NCBI RefSeq assembly: GCF_009914755.1
Contig: NC_060929.1
Reading direction: 5' to 3' (one strand)
DNA: 64,000 nt
Source of the DNA: the human T2T-CHM13v2.0 reference genome, Homo sapiens
How positions within the stretch are numbered: position 1 is the first letter of the stretch; the number at the start of each line of letters is the position of its first letter. The notes beneath the pieces are model-generated. The model did not search any database. It was not told the DNA's origin and saw only the letters and a list, made by a program, of their open reading frames with translations. Both the position numbers and the translations under genes were made by a program. Of this stretch, positions 44,740 through 58,026 are shown piece after piece.

Positions 44740-45540
44740 GGATGTGCCAATTTGTCAGCCAATGGGGAATTGATGTGGATTCTCCCTCCATCATGAGAGA
44801 GGGAACTAGGGTGCTCGTCCACTCTTTCAAGCTAAGGAAAGGGGACTCCAGGAAGATATGTCAAAAGAAACTACACACACTTCAAGAGGGAGAGATTGGC
44901 ACCTTGCTCCCCAGCACAGCCAGTGCACTACAGACTGAACAAAGTGTAAAGGGAGCTCCTGAAAGAACTAAACGTGTGTGTGTGTCTAGGAATTTGGGGC
45001 ATATGGAAGCAGAGACTGCTGCCTCTCCTATTCTGAATAATTCTGAAGATGGGAAACTGGCAGGAGCAGTGCACCATAAAAGCCAGGGACCGAGGATGCA
45101 CTTGGGGATGCTACAGCAGGTGGTTGAACCTCACAGTTTGAAAGCACCCACCCAATTGGGCAGCCTGCTGGACTGAGGGCTCCCAGCACCAGGAGGCTGT
45201 GGGTATGAGGCCATTGGAAGCAACAACAGAGGAGAACTGCAAAAGGCCCTCCATACAGCTTATTGATTTATTTGGAGAGGCTTCTGCGGGGCCACTAGGC
45301 AACCACAAAGGTGCTCCCAAGGGAGTGCCAGCTTTGGGGACCAGCCACATGCATAGGGGACAGGACAGGTGGGTTTCAACAGCCTCATGTACAGGAGACT
45401 TGTCCTCTTTCCTCCAGTCTGTTTTCCCCCAACCCCTGCCCTAGAGAGGTGAGGAGAAGGAAGGAGACCCCAAGCCAGGGAACAGAAGAGCTTTGAACTG
45501 GATGGGAGACTGAAGCTTTCCCTCTACCTAGATTGTTAAT
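44740..45540 (+). mobile_element. Possible ancient Gypsy-type LTR (LTR85/MamGypLTR-like)
   Basis: Weak recalled similarity (TTTGAACTGGATGGGAGACTGAAG); boundaries uncertain. Confidence 0.25.
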
Positions 45541-45906
45541 ACCTGACAGTGAATCTCCTCTTACAAACTGAGCCAGAGCATCAAGAAGGCTATGAACGAA
45601 TCTCCCTGAGATGCCTTCAGTGAGCAGGGAAGGGAAAGCCAACAGAGCAAGATTGAAATATAAGTGGGAGAAAAGTAAAGCCATTTCCTGTTTATATACT
45701 TCAGCCTTCAGAGGCCACAAAAAACCAGCTACATACGATTATGTTATTTCGGAGCCTCCAAATGGAGTGACACATACTCTTTTACTGCCAATTACCAAGG
45801 CGTGGAAGGTGGAGAGAGGACTCTCTAGCTCCTCTGCTCCATCTCTTTGTGGCTATCACATTGGCTTCAATACAATGTGACTTAGGTACCCAAATTATTC
45901 TAGTAT

Positions 45907-46248
45907 TGAGACAGGCAAGTGTAAAGAGGTCCCTGGAGAAACTTCAACCAGCCTGGTCACTGGGAGGAATGTGCGCTGGGGAGGAGCCTCGGGAAGTCTG
46001 TGCCATTTTGCAGCAGGGAGGAGCCTGGCCTCTCTTGTTCTGGGGTGGGGAAACTGGGATTCAATCTGTGAGGCAGGAAGCCAGCTAGCAGGACTCTGGT
46101 TTTGCTGAGAGTCCCTGTTTCCCTTTTTTCCCTTTTCACCCAATAAACCCTGCTTTTCTCACCCTTCAAAGTGTCTCTGAGCCTAATTTTTCATGGTTGT
46201 GTGACAAGGACCCTGCTTTCAGCTAACTAAGGAGAAAGTCCTACAACA
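45907..46248 (+). mobile_element. Solo LTR, ERV1 MER61-like
   Basis: TGAGACAGG...CTACAACA termini; CCCAATAAACC; near-TSD GTAT/ATAT. Confidence 0.75.
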
Positions 46249-47139
46249 ATATAGTGGGACAAAACCCACAGACAACAATCGATTTCAGCCAATCCAGATT
46301 CTACCAAGTCTGTAAACAGTACATATATTATATATATATATATATGCTTACAGTTACTTCCAAACCTCTTTTTCTCATAATCACCCAAACCTAGACTAAT
46401 GAGTTCCCCCATTTCTGCTCTCAAAATTTCTCCAAACAAGCCCTTTTCTCTAGGGGTACAGAATTCCTCATAAGCTGAATTTGTACCTTCTCTTTGTACT
46501 GTAATCTATGATCATGCATAAGTCTTTCTCTGAAGGGGAAAAAATGACAACTTTTGACTTGAAATCCAGCTCTGGATTTACCTAGAAGTCAAGCTTGTTA
46601 AAATATGGTCCTCAGGGTTTAGAAGACGAGGGTGAGCTAATTCTGAGTCTCAGCCTGCCTACCAAACCAGCCATACGATCGATAAGGAAGACAGATAAAA
46701 CCACACAGGACTCATGCCTTCAGCATGACCAGACAACAGAGAACACTGCAACCTTCAAATTGCCTGAAAGTAACAAATTCCAACAGAACTCTCACCACCT
46801 ACTCATAGCTGCTAAGAGCCTGTGGATGCAGAGAGCAGAGAGGGAAGCAGAAAAGAGCTAAGAAAATAAACAGAGGGAGCAGAGGGCCACGAGGAAGCAC
46901 AAACTCACCCTAGAAAGAGGAAATGAAATAGACAATGCAAAACAACCCAATACCAGTCAGGACTTGGAGATGCATAGGAAGGCACTGGAGAGTGGGTGGG
47001 GCCAGAAGGGGTGGCCTCAGAACATACTACTTGTGGGGGATAATCAGATCTAAAGAAAAGATCTGATGTTCCTTGGAGATGAGACAGAGACGGGAAAGAA
47101 GGACTTAAGAAGGGGGAATAAGGAGCCTGCAGAAACACA

Positions 47140-48287
<1,148 letters not shown>

Positions 48288-48428
48288 GGCTGGGTGCAGT
48301 GGCTCACACCTGTAATCCCAACACTTTGGGAGGCAAAGACAGGAAGACTGCTTGAGGCCAGGAGTTTAAGACCAGCCTGAGCAACACAGACACCCTCATC
48401 TCTACAAAACAAAACAAAACAAAACAAA
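48288..48428 (+). mobile_element. FLAM_C-like Alu left monomer
   Basis: Single monomer with (CAAAA)n tail. Confidence 0.85.
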
Positions 48429-48459
48429 TCAAATCAGGCAGTTAGTGGAAAAGGAGGCA

Positions 48460-49187
48460 ACATTTTTGACCAGGTGGTCAAAATTACACCACCCATGTGA
48501 AGGACATAGTATGTGCTTCCAGAAGGGATGACAGAGGACACAGTATCTTCTATGCAGTGGGATGGCCGATAACACACCTCAACCCAATCACAAGGAAGCT
48601 TCAGTCAAGCATAAAATAGGGAGCATTCTGTTTAAAAAGTGAAGGGGCTACTGTATTAAAAAAAAAAATCAATGTCTTAAAAGGCAAAGAAAAATCATGG
48701 AATTGTTCTAGATTAAAGTAGGCTAAAGAGTCATGACAACTAAATGCCATGCCCAATTCTGAACTGAACCCTGTACTGGAGAAAAAGTGTTACAAAGGAT
48801 ATTAATTATTATGTTAACTGACAAAATTAGAATATGGGCAGTGGATTAGTTAAAGGTATTGCATCAATGTGTGTGTAAATCAATAGTGTAACATCATTAG
48901 TGTATGTGGTTATATTAATAAAAGATATTTTTCTACTTTTAGGAAATACACACTGAAGTATTTAGTAGGAAGGACCATGATACACATAACTTATCTGCAA
49001 ATGATTCGAAAAAAATTGTGTATGTGTGTGTGTGTACACAGAGAAAGAGAGAGAGATTGAGAGAACATAAATGATAAATCAAATGGGTTAAAAACAAGTG
49101 ATTCTGGGTAAAGACTGTAAGGATGTTCTTTGTACTATTTTTGGTTTTGCAACCTTCGGAGATGTAAAATTTGTTTTAACAAAAAAC
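48460..49187 (+). mobile_element. L1MC4/5-like 3' UTR fragment
   Basis: GTTCTAGATTAAAG...CATGACAACTAAATGC; TTCTTTGTACTATTTTTGG...GCAAC. Confidence 0.6.
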
Positions 49188-49239
49188 CTAGAAGCAATAC
49201 TTGTTTCACTCTTCACTCTCCCCACTTCCTCGCTTTTGT

Positions 49240-49915
49240 CTACCCTGCAATTCACTGTTACCAAGCCTGGGTCTCCACTCTTCCACTGAAAACTACTCTG
49301 GCAAAAGGCCCCAGTGCTTCCTTAAATGGGACATCCAACAGGACTTTTTTAATTATTCATCTTGCTTGAGTCAGTGGCAGCACTGGACTCTTCTGGCTTC
49401 CTGCTGCTGCTTAAAAAGCTACACTTCTGGCCGGGCGCGGTGGCTCACGCCTGTAATCCCAGCACTTTGGGAGGCCGAGGCGGGCGGATCACGAGGTCAG
49501 GAAATCGAGACCACGGTGAAACCCCGTCTCTACTAAAAATACAAAAAAAATTAGGTGGCGGGCGCCTGTAGTACCAGCTACTCAGGAGGCTGAGGCAGGA
49601 GAATGGCGTCAACCTGGGAGGCGGAGCTTGCAGTGAGCCGAGATCGCGCCACTGCACTCCAGCCTGGGCGACAGAGCGAAGATTCCGATTCAAAAAAAAA
49701 AAAAAAAAAAAAAAAACAAAAACAAACTACCCCTCTATGCTATTTTCTTTTCTTGCCTTCATGACCACTCCTCTTTGGCTTTCCTTTCTTTCTTTTTCTT
49801 CCTCTACTCACCTTTTAAATGTGAGTTTCCTAAGATTCCTTATTTAGATCTCATCTTACTCAACATTTCCCTAAGAATATTCTTCCATTTTTATGGCTCC
49901 AAATACCCCAAACTG
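49240..49915 (+). mobile_element. L2 fragment interrupted by an AluY
   Basis: CCACTGAAAACTACTCTGGCAAAAGG...; pyrimidine-rich L2-like continuation after the Alu. Confidence 0.5.
49429..49723 (+). mobile_element. Young AluY carrying the 12-bp left-arm deletion (AluYd lineage)
   Basis: CpG-rich; ATCGAGACCACGGTGAAACCCC lacks TCCTGGCTAACA; AluY words GAATGGCGT and GGAGCTTGCAGTGAG; long A tail. Confidence 0.9.
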
Positions 49916-49954
49916 GAGAGGCAGTTAAATAGTTGATTATTAAAAATTGATTAG

Positions 49955-50395
49955 TATATTATTTAGCTCTTGCTGTATGCCAACCAACCACAAAAATCTC
50001 TGTAGCATTCAACAAAAAGCACTTACTCTCGTGGATCTGCGGGTTGTAGAATTTGGCTAGTCTGGGCTGGGCTTTCCTGGGCATGGCTTTAAGCCACAGG
50101 GTGGGCTCACATCTACTCAGTGAGTTTCTCACCCTCTGTGGAATGGTGGGCAAGTTGGGACATCTTCTCATGGCAATGGCAGGAAGCAAGAGAGCAAACG
50201 GAAATGTGGAATGTACCTCTGAAGGCCTAAGGCCAGGACTGACCCACTGTCATTTCAACCCACATTCCTTAGGCCAAAGAAAATCACACAGTCAAGCCTA
50301 ACGCCAAGGGGAAGCGAAGTCTGCTCCATCTCAGGCTGGAAGGATTAAGAGTCTGACGAGAAAGAGAGTGACTGCAGGAAAGGGTGGGGAACTGC
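49955..50395 (-). mobile_element. Old MaLR LTR (MLT1I/J-like)
   Basis: TTCTCATGGCAATGGCAGGAAGCAAGAGAG; CACATTCCTTAGGCCAAAG. Confidence 0.65.
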
Positions 50396-51084
50396 ACCTG
50401 TCTGCAGTAGGAATGTATGAACTGACTTGGAAACTGTTTCAACCTTCCCTGGCAGGAAAGGATGAGCTACGGAGAGCAGAGTTCCTCAAGGTGGGGCATC
50501 AACAAGGACAGATGAGAGGGAAGGAGCAGAGAGAAGCAGTCTACCTTGAAGATTCACTCAGTGAGGAATTTTAAAACCTCTGCATCTCGAAGGTTTCCAG
50601 ATTTTCTTTCCACCCTAGCATTTTCCAGGGAGCCCCAGGAGTGCCATGCTGCACTTGGAGGGCTGCTGTGCCCATTTCTCTTGTCACATTCCATTAGACA
50701 GATGCCTCAGCTGCTGCAATGCTGGAAAATCTAGAACATGATGTGCTGTTCCACTAGGGCTGCTGCAGCGCCCACCCTGCCTGCTGCAGGGCAGTAAGCT
50801 AAGAACTGCGAGACGCGAGGTTTCCCTTGCCCATGTGCAACCTGCTTACCTATATAAATAGATAGCTGATCAAGCCTTTTTTTTGGCAAAAATTCTCTGA
50901 CAGGCTAGGAGCAAAGCACATGCCAGCAAAGGGCAAAGGGGCTCTCCATAGTCTATCTTTGAGGGTTCTTGTGAAGTTACTATGTGTGGCATGAAGGCTG
51001 CTTACATTTTTACATGCATTTGATCCCTTTAAAATGGTCCAGAAGAAAGTGGTATATGAAAGTACATTCTGAAACCAGAAACAT

Positions 51085-51295
51085 GGAGCATGACACTTCA
51101 AGCTACAGGATCTGGAGTCAGGTGGGTGTTCCCCGGTGCTGCTAGCCAGCTTTGATCTTAACTCTCCCAAGGGTCAACTCTTCATCTGGGAAGTATGGCC
51201 AATCCTAAGTCACAGCATTATATAAGAGTGAAACAAAAGCCTGTGTGAAAGTCCCTGGTGTCCTGACTAACCCACAGTAGGCGCTGAATGAATAG
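51085..51295 (+). mobile_element. MIR fragment
   Basis: TCTGGAGTCAG...CTTCATCTGGGAA...CACAGTAGGCGCTGAATGAAT. Confidence 0.5.
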
Positions 51296-51698
51296 AACCT
51301 TTTAAAGGTGTTATCATCATCATCATTTGCAGCATTGCTGGACTTTTTTCTCTTCCTAGCTCACCTCCTACAAATGTGTTACTGGATTGTGACAAATATA
51401 TTTTTGGACATTTTTAGTTGACAACTGCAAGTGATATTGAATATTGCAAATTAATTGACAGTTTAACTGCTTAGAGGATTTCTCTTACTTTGGGTAATTG
51501 GAAAGTAGGAAATTAAAGGAAAAGCAAATATGATATTATTTGAGTATTATTTATGAAATAGGCTCAATATTTCATTTCAATAAAATTTCATGTATTTTCC
51601 AAAAATATCTACTTTTTCTACTATACTACCTTCAACTTATCCAAAATAAAACCTAATAAGCAATAGTAATAGTCAACAGTCAAATATTGACTAACTTC

Positions 51699-52163
51699 TG
51701 TTCCAGGCAGCTTCTAACATAGTTCCCAAGAAACCCTACCTCCTTATAGGTGGCCAGACCAGTAACTTAACTTGCTACTTCTGAGAAGATGTTTTAAAAG
51801 ACTCTTCCTTATTAATCTCTCTCTCTCTCTTCTTACTTGCTCACTCTGATGGAGCAAGCTGCCATTTTGTAAACCTAAGGGTAAAGGAACTGATGATGAT
51901 GATGGTCTCTGGCCAACAGCTGGTAAGGACCTGAGGCCCTCAATCCAACAGCCCAGGAGGAACCGCTGCCAAGAGGACCCCCCACAGGGGACCCCTGAGG
52001 CCACCATGTCTCTGACTGCAACCTCATGAAAGACTCAGAGCTTCTGCACCCAACTTAACTGTGCCCAGATTCCTGACCCATAGACACAGTGAAATAATAA
52101 ATGCTGTCATTTTAAGCTACTAAGTTAAGGTAATTTTTTACATACCAATAGATAACTGATAAA
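51699..52163 (+). mobile_element. MaLR solo LTR (MLT1E-like)
   Basis: CTGAGGCCCTCAATCCAACAGCCC; CCCAGATTCCTGACCCATAGACACAGTGAAATAATAAATG. Confidence 0.75.
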
Positions 52164-54897
52164 TCTACATTGTACTAACACTATCTGGAAGTTTAGATGT
52201 AATCTACGTAAAATGGAAAGGTTAAATTTGCTGGTTTCTGGAGAAACCCAATGGATCTCTTTGGAGACAAAATGTTCTCTTTCCATGTCCTTTGGAGCAG
52301 GGGTTGTTGTGGAGTATTATTCTTAGAAAGTGAAATGCTAAGCTTCAGCATTGTGGGTCAGTCTCAACTTGCAAAGCAAAAGTTTAGATCTCCATATTCT
52401 TTTTACTTGTATTCAGTAGCTATGTTATCTTCCTCCTTTCCATTGCCTGAGCTATTTTCTGCATTACTGATCCCTCACACAGCCATCTCAGCTTACTACA
52501 GAAAAATACCTCCTGGTATTTAGAATGTTCAAAACACTTGAGCAAGCATATTCACAACCCATACTGTTGCCAAGGCTGAATAATTGGGCTTGGAATATGC
52601 CTGGCACCATCACTCCAGATGAAGCCCTAGACGGCTGCCATCGGCTCTGCTTTGCCCTTACTGCTTACATGGAAGTGGTCATTTAGGCTGTGAAATGGTC
52701 AGACAGAGGAGCTTACCACTAAGAAGCCTCTGCTGCATGACAAACACCCTGCCTCAAAGATTGTGCCTAATTCTTGAGTGGGCAACCTGCCTCTAAAGCA
52801 GATGGATAGAGTGAAAGCAGGATGGAGATGGAGAGCGAGCACAGAAATATTTCAGTCTAGGGTCATATTGGCATTTGGGAGCTTGTCACCATCTGCTGTT
52901 CCCGGGGTTCCCAGCTTGCTAATCCAGCTTGCAGATGGATTGACATTTTTCAATTTCTTAAATCTTGGGAAGAGTTTTGGTGGTTCTCTGTTGTTGCCAT
53001 GAAGACTGGGCCTGTTCTCTGTCAAAATGCAGCCAAGGTCTATAGCTAAGGTGCCTAGATTCTACCACTTCATTATCGTGGGCTTCTAGTCTTTTCCCGA
53101 GGGGAGAGTGCACTGATAATTGTGGACTGCGGGGCAAAAGCTTATTACCTGTCTTCACATTGTGTTGCATGGGCCCAACAGCACATTTTTATAAAGAGAA
53201 GACAATAAATTTGAAGAGATGAGGCCAACTCCTCTCAACTCCTCAACTCCTGCCACACCTGTTCCCCATGACTGGCCAGTCATGGACAATATCTGACAAA
53301 CACTCCCCCTTCCCAGGGCTCCTTCCATTAGGATCACTCCCAGGTGTGCAGTGCCAGGAAGAGGGGAGATGCCCACCCTCACTGCCAAGGAGAGGCAGGG
53401 GTGTGCCAGGGCACTTGGGTGCAGGGATGAGCCGCCATTGGCAACTCAGCTGGCCCCACTGGCCATGCCCTCGCAGGCTCTCAGCTTTCTGGTGCACCTG
53501 GTGATGCTAGTGACCCTCATCAGGGGTGAATGCACCTGGCTGGCATGATGACCAGTTGTGCTGCCGGGCACAAGGCTCCCAGCTGCTCTTTGCTCTCTTA
53601 GTCCTGGGAGGAGCTTTGCACTGGATCCAGGGAGAAAGGAGTAGCGCTTGGACATTGGTCCCAATGTCACCGAAATAAGGCAGAGGGCTCTTTCTTTGTT
53701 CTTCCTCATTGTTCCTTTGGGATGACCCTGTGACCTATGACCTGTGGAAGATGGAGCCATCTCAGTCTTTCTCCTGTTGGGATGTGGGGATGTAGTTGAG
53801 AATTGCATTGATCACTTTGCAAAAGGGCTTCTTCGTGAAGACTTAAGGAACAGCTCATGTTTCAGTGTCAGGAAGAACAGTCTTCAATTCCTGAGAAACT
53901 GACCAGTGCATGCCTTATTGAAATGCAACTGTGGCTGATTTCATTTGCATCTTCCCATCGGCCACATTAGGCCAAGAACCATATTTGTGGCCCACCTTCC
54001 ACCACATACAAGGCTGTATGGCCAGCAAGGCAACCTTTTTTTCTGGCTCTATTTTAACTTCAGACCCTTTAATCTTTATTTGGCCTTTTAAAAATGCCTC
54101 TCTTAGATGTTTCTTTCTTTTTTTTTTTTTTTTTACTATGTTGAATTATTATATCCTTTAAGGTCATTTTCCCTGTTCTTTTGCAATGAAATAGAACATA
54201 AATAGTATACTTAACATGCTAAAATAAACTTTTCTCCCAACTGTTATTTCCAAGACAAAAATCCATTTTATATCCTATCCCACCATGTAGGGACTGCAAA
54301 TGTAGTCTTTATGTTGTCCTTAAGAAAATCTACCAATAAGATAAAGCATTTTCCAGGAAACCACTGAGACACATTGTATCCTATTCCTGTGCAGATTACG
54401 GTAATAACTGACAAATCTCTGATGTCACAGAGCCAGGTGGAGCACAGGAATGACTTCATTTCTTCAACAAATATGAGTTTTCCTTGGGAGAGCTTTGAGC
54501 AAGTCTTCTCTGGTGTGTGGCTTCAGGGCATATTCATGTGTACCCACTTGGCTGGACACTGGGAGCAGAGTCAGAAAGTGGGTATGGAGGCACTTCTCTC
54601 AAATGACTTTACAATTTAGGAGAAAATCCTGGTTGCAATGTAATTCTTCCAGAAGCAATGACTAAATCAGTCAATTCAGCATTATAGAACCATGCAAGTG
54701 TGTGCATTAAGCCCTGGAAATACTGGAGGCATTTTGTGGGGCAGCCCATTTGAAACACATTGGTGCTGTGCTTCTGTGATTTGGTAACCAGCAGCCACAT
54801 GGGCCACCTGAGTCACCGAGCTGCCTAAAATCCGTAGTGTACAGGTGATGAGGGGGACTCCTGAGAGAAGGGGGTGAACTAGGTGATGGCATCCTAG

Positions 54898-56524
54898 TGA
54901 GAGGTGACAGCGTGCTGGCAGTGGTGACAGCGAGCCCTTGCTCGCTCTGGGCGCCTCCTCTGCTTGGGCTCCCACTGTGGCGGCACTTGAGCCCTTCAGC
55001 CCGCTGCTGCACTGTGGGAGCCCCCTTTTGGGCTGGCCAAGGCCGGAGCCGGCTTCCTCAGCTTGCAGGGAGGTGTGGAGGGAGAGGCGCGAGCGGGAAC
55101 CGGGGCTGCGCGCGGAGCTTGTGGGCCAGTGGGAGTTCTGGGTAGGCATGGGCTTGGCAGGCCCCGCACTTGGAGCAGCCGGCTGGCCCTGCTGGCCCTG
55201 CTGGCCCTGGGCAATGAGGGGCTTAGCACCCGGGCCAGCAGCTGTGAAGGGTGTACTGGGTCCCCCAGCAGTGCCGGCCTACCGGCGCTGCGCTCGATTT
55301 CTCGCCAGGCCTTAGCTGCCTCCCCACGGGGCAGGGCTCGGGACCTGCAGCCCGCCATGCCTGAGCACCGCCCCTCCCCCATCCGCCCCCGTGGGCTTCT
55401 GTGCGGCCCCAGCCTCCCCGACGAGCACCGCCCCCTGCTCCACGGCGCCCAGCCCCACTGACCACCCAAGGGCTGAGGAGTGCAGGCACACGGCACGGGA
55501 CTGGCAGGCAGCTCCACCTGCAGCTCCAGTGCGGGATCCACTGGGTGAAGCCAGCTGGGCTCCTGCGTCTGGTGGGGACGTGGAGAACCTTTATGTCTAG
55601 TTAAGGGATTATAAATACACCAATCAGCAGCCTGTGTCTAGCTCAGGGTTTGTGAATGCACCAGTCGACACTCTGTATCTAGCTATTCTGGTGGGGCCTT
55701 GGAGAACCTTTATGTCTAGCTCAGGGATTGTAAATACACCAATCGGCACTCTGTATCTAGCTCAAGGTTTGTAAACACACCAATCAGCACCCTGTGTCTA
55801 GCTCAGGGTTTGTGAATGCACCAATCGACACCCTGTATCTAACTACTCTGGTGGGGCCTTGGAGAACCTTTATGTCTAGCTCAGGGATTGTAAATACACC
55901 AATTGGCACTCTGTGTCTACCTCAAGGTTTGTGAACACACCAATCAGCACTCTGTGTCTACCTCAGGGTTTGTGAATGCACCAATCGACACTCTGTATCT
56001 AGCTACTCTGGTGGGGACTTGGAGAACCTTTGTGTTGACACTCTGTATCTAGCTAATCTGGTGGGGAGGTGGAGAACCTTTGTGTCTAGCTCAGGGATTG
56101 TAAATGCACCAATCAGCGCCCTGTCAAAACAGACCACTGGGCTCTACCAGTCAGCAGGATGTGGGTGAGGCCAGATAAGAGAATAAAAGCAGGTTGTCCG
56201 AGCCAGCAGTGGCAACCCGCTCGGGTCCCCTTCCACACTGTGGAAGCTTAGTTCTTTCACTCTTTGCAATAAATCTTGCTGCTGCTCACTCTTTGGGTCC
56301 ACACTGCCTTTATGAGCTGTAACACTCACTGTGAAGGTCTATAGCTTCACTCCTGAGCCAGCGAAACCACCAACCCACCAGAAGGAAGAAACTTCGAACA
56401 CATCCAAACATCAGAAGGAACAAACTCCAGACGCGCCACCTTAAGAGCTGTAATAGTTACCGCGAGGGTCCGCGGCTTCATTCTTGAAGTCAGTGAGACC
56501 AAGAACCCACCAATTCCAGACACA
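54898..56524 (+). mobile_element. Complete ERV9 solo LTR (LTR12C-like), 1627 bp
   Basis: TGAGAGGTGACAGCGTGCTGGCAG ... CCAATTCCAGACACA; perfect TSD CTAG (54894-54897 / 56525-56528); GC/CpG-rich U3 followed by tandem repeats. Confidence 0.96.
55570..56190 (+). promoter_or_regulatory. LTR12 U3 tandem enhancer repeats and core promoter
   Basis: Eight intact CCAAT (55620, 55739, 55780, 55821, 55899, 55940, 55981, 56109), TATCT GATA sites, AGATAA at 56173, AATAAAA TATA-like box at 56182. Confidence 0.75.
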
Positions 56525-57129
56525 CTAGCACCAACTGAGGATGATGGCTTATGGATTTCCCAAATTTAAAACTGGGACTTCTCAACAGAGAAGCTGAACA
56601 CGAAAGCTTCACCAAGCCATTTTCCTTTTGATAAGAAAGTGCTAATTAGCACCATGCATTCTCCATAGAAGACTTGTTTTCACACTGGTTTACCTACGGA
56701 TGGAGTTTTCATGTAAATCATGAGTGACAGAGGGGCCCATCATCAATGTTTAAAACGGAATGTGTACATGGTATTGCTCAACCTCTTTGAGAAATATGAC
56801 CCCATCATTTCATATTAGTAGTACAAGTAGTCATTTGAAATTCCAGTCACAGCAGTTCCTGAGCCACAAACATACCCACAAAACACATGCTTGGATGGCG
56901 TGTGATCTCACCTGCATTTACACTTGATCAAGCCTTTCATATTGTAGACAGTTTATTTCTTCCTCATTCCATCCTTGAATTGTTAGGCCTCAAAGAGATG
57001 AGGTATTATGTGATAGTCATCTTTGTTCCTCAGATCTTAGTACATTTCCACCAGGAAGCAGACATTTAAAAGTGATCATTGAATAAACAGAGTTAATGGA
57101 AAATAAAAATAATTAGTCTCAGATAACAC

Positions 57130-58026
57130 TTTTCGGAGTTAACTGACATGATGTTTCCATATTTGCTGGGACATTTTATCCTTCTCTATTTGAGAAACCA
57201 AGAGAGTAGACTTCATCAACTCAGGCAGGTAATCTTACAGCCGAAAGCCATGAGAATGCTTTGGAGATTCAGAAGTCTAGATCCCAAGTAAAAGACTGCC
57301 AACTCCTACCACCCAGGAAAGAAAGAGATTCCCCAGACTGGAGAGAGAAGAGAAATCAGATTGAAAATAATAGCAGCTAAGATATAGGCGGCCTCTGAGC
57401 AAAGGGTGGCACTGGTGTCCAACCCACACCAAGCCTCAGAGGTGCTGACAAGGAGTGCAGGACAGCTGGAGCCTTGAAACAGCAGAGACCTGGCCCCAGG
57501 TAGATGGTAACGAAGCTGCAAGAGCCAGAGTAGAAGTGTCTGCGTGGTCGGCTTCTTGCTTGAGGGCCCAAGGCAGCCTTGCAGAGCTCCCAGGGCCCCA
57601 GTGAGGTGCAGGACTAGCTAAACACTCCAAGCATCCAAGCACTTAGCCTCATGGGGTTGCCCAAGCCCAGTGAGCATGAGTAGGAAGGGGTAGAATGCAT
57701 CTTGGGTATGAATGCAGGGCAGTCGCCAGATCTACAGATGAGCCAAACAGAAATGGGGAACAATGGAGACACATGAAGCCTGGAAAGCAAAGAACAGAGA
57801 TGCAACAGGAGAGTCTGAACTCTGAAGGGACAACTAAGTACTGGATAGATCAAGCCCCTGTCTCCTCCCCCTAGATTAAATAGAACCCTAGAAAGGTTGG
57901 CAAAACCCAAATTGTTAGACTACATTTCTACCACCCCAATAGAATGGGGTCTCAAAGTTGAGTTATAGAAAAAAAAATCTTGCACAACAGAGATAATGTA
58001 GATTAAACTTATCTACATTATCTACA
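57130..58026 (+). mobile_element. Possible ancient MamGypLTR1-like LTR
   Basis: 3' end GAATGGGGTCTCAAAGTTGAGTTATAGAAAAA...TCTTGCACA...CTACA resembles the recalled consensus; 5' boundary uncertain. Confidence 0.4.

Noticed and set aside
54682-55604. Many overlapping 100-180 aa ORFs on both strands
   Set aside because: Caused by the GC-rich, stop-poor U3 region of LTR12C; no protein motifs
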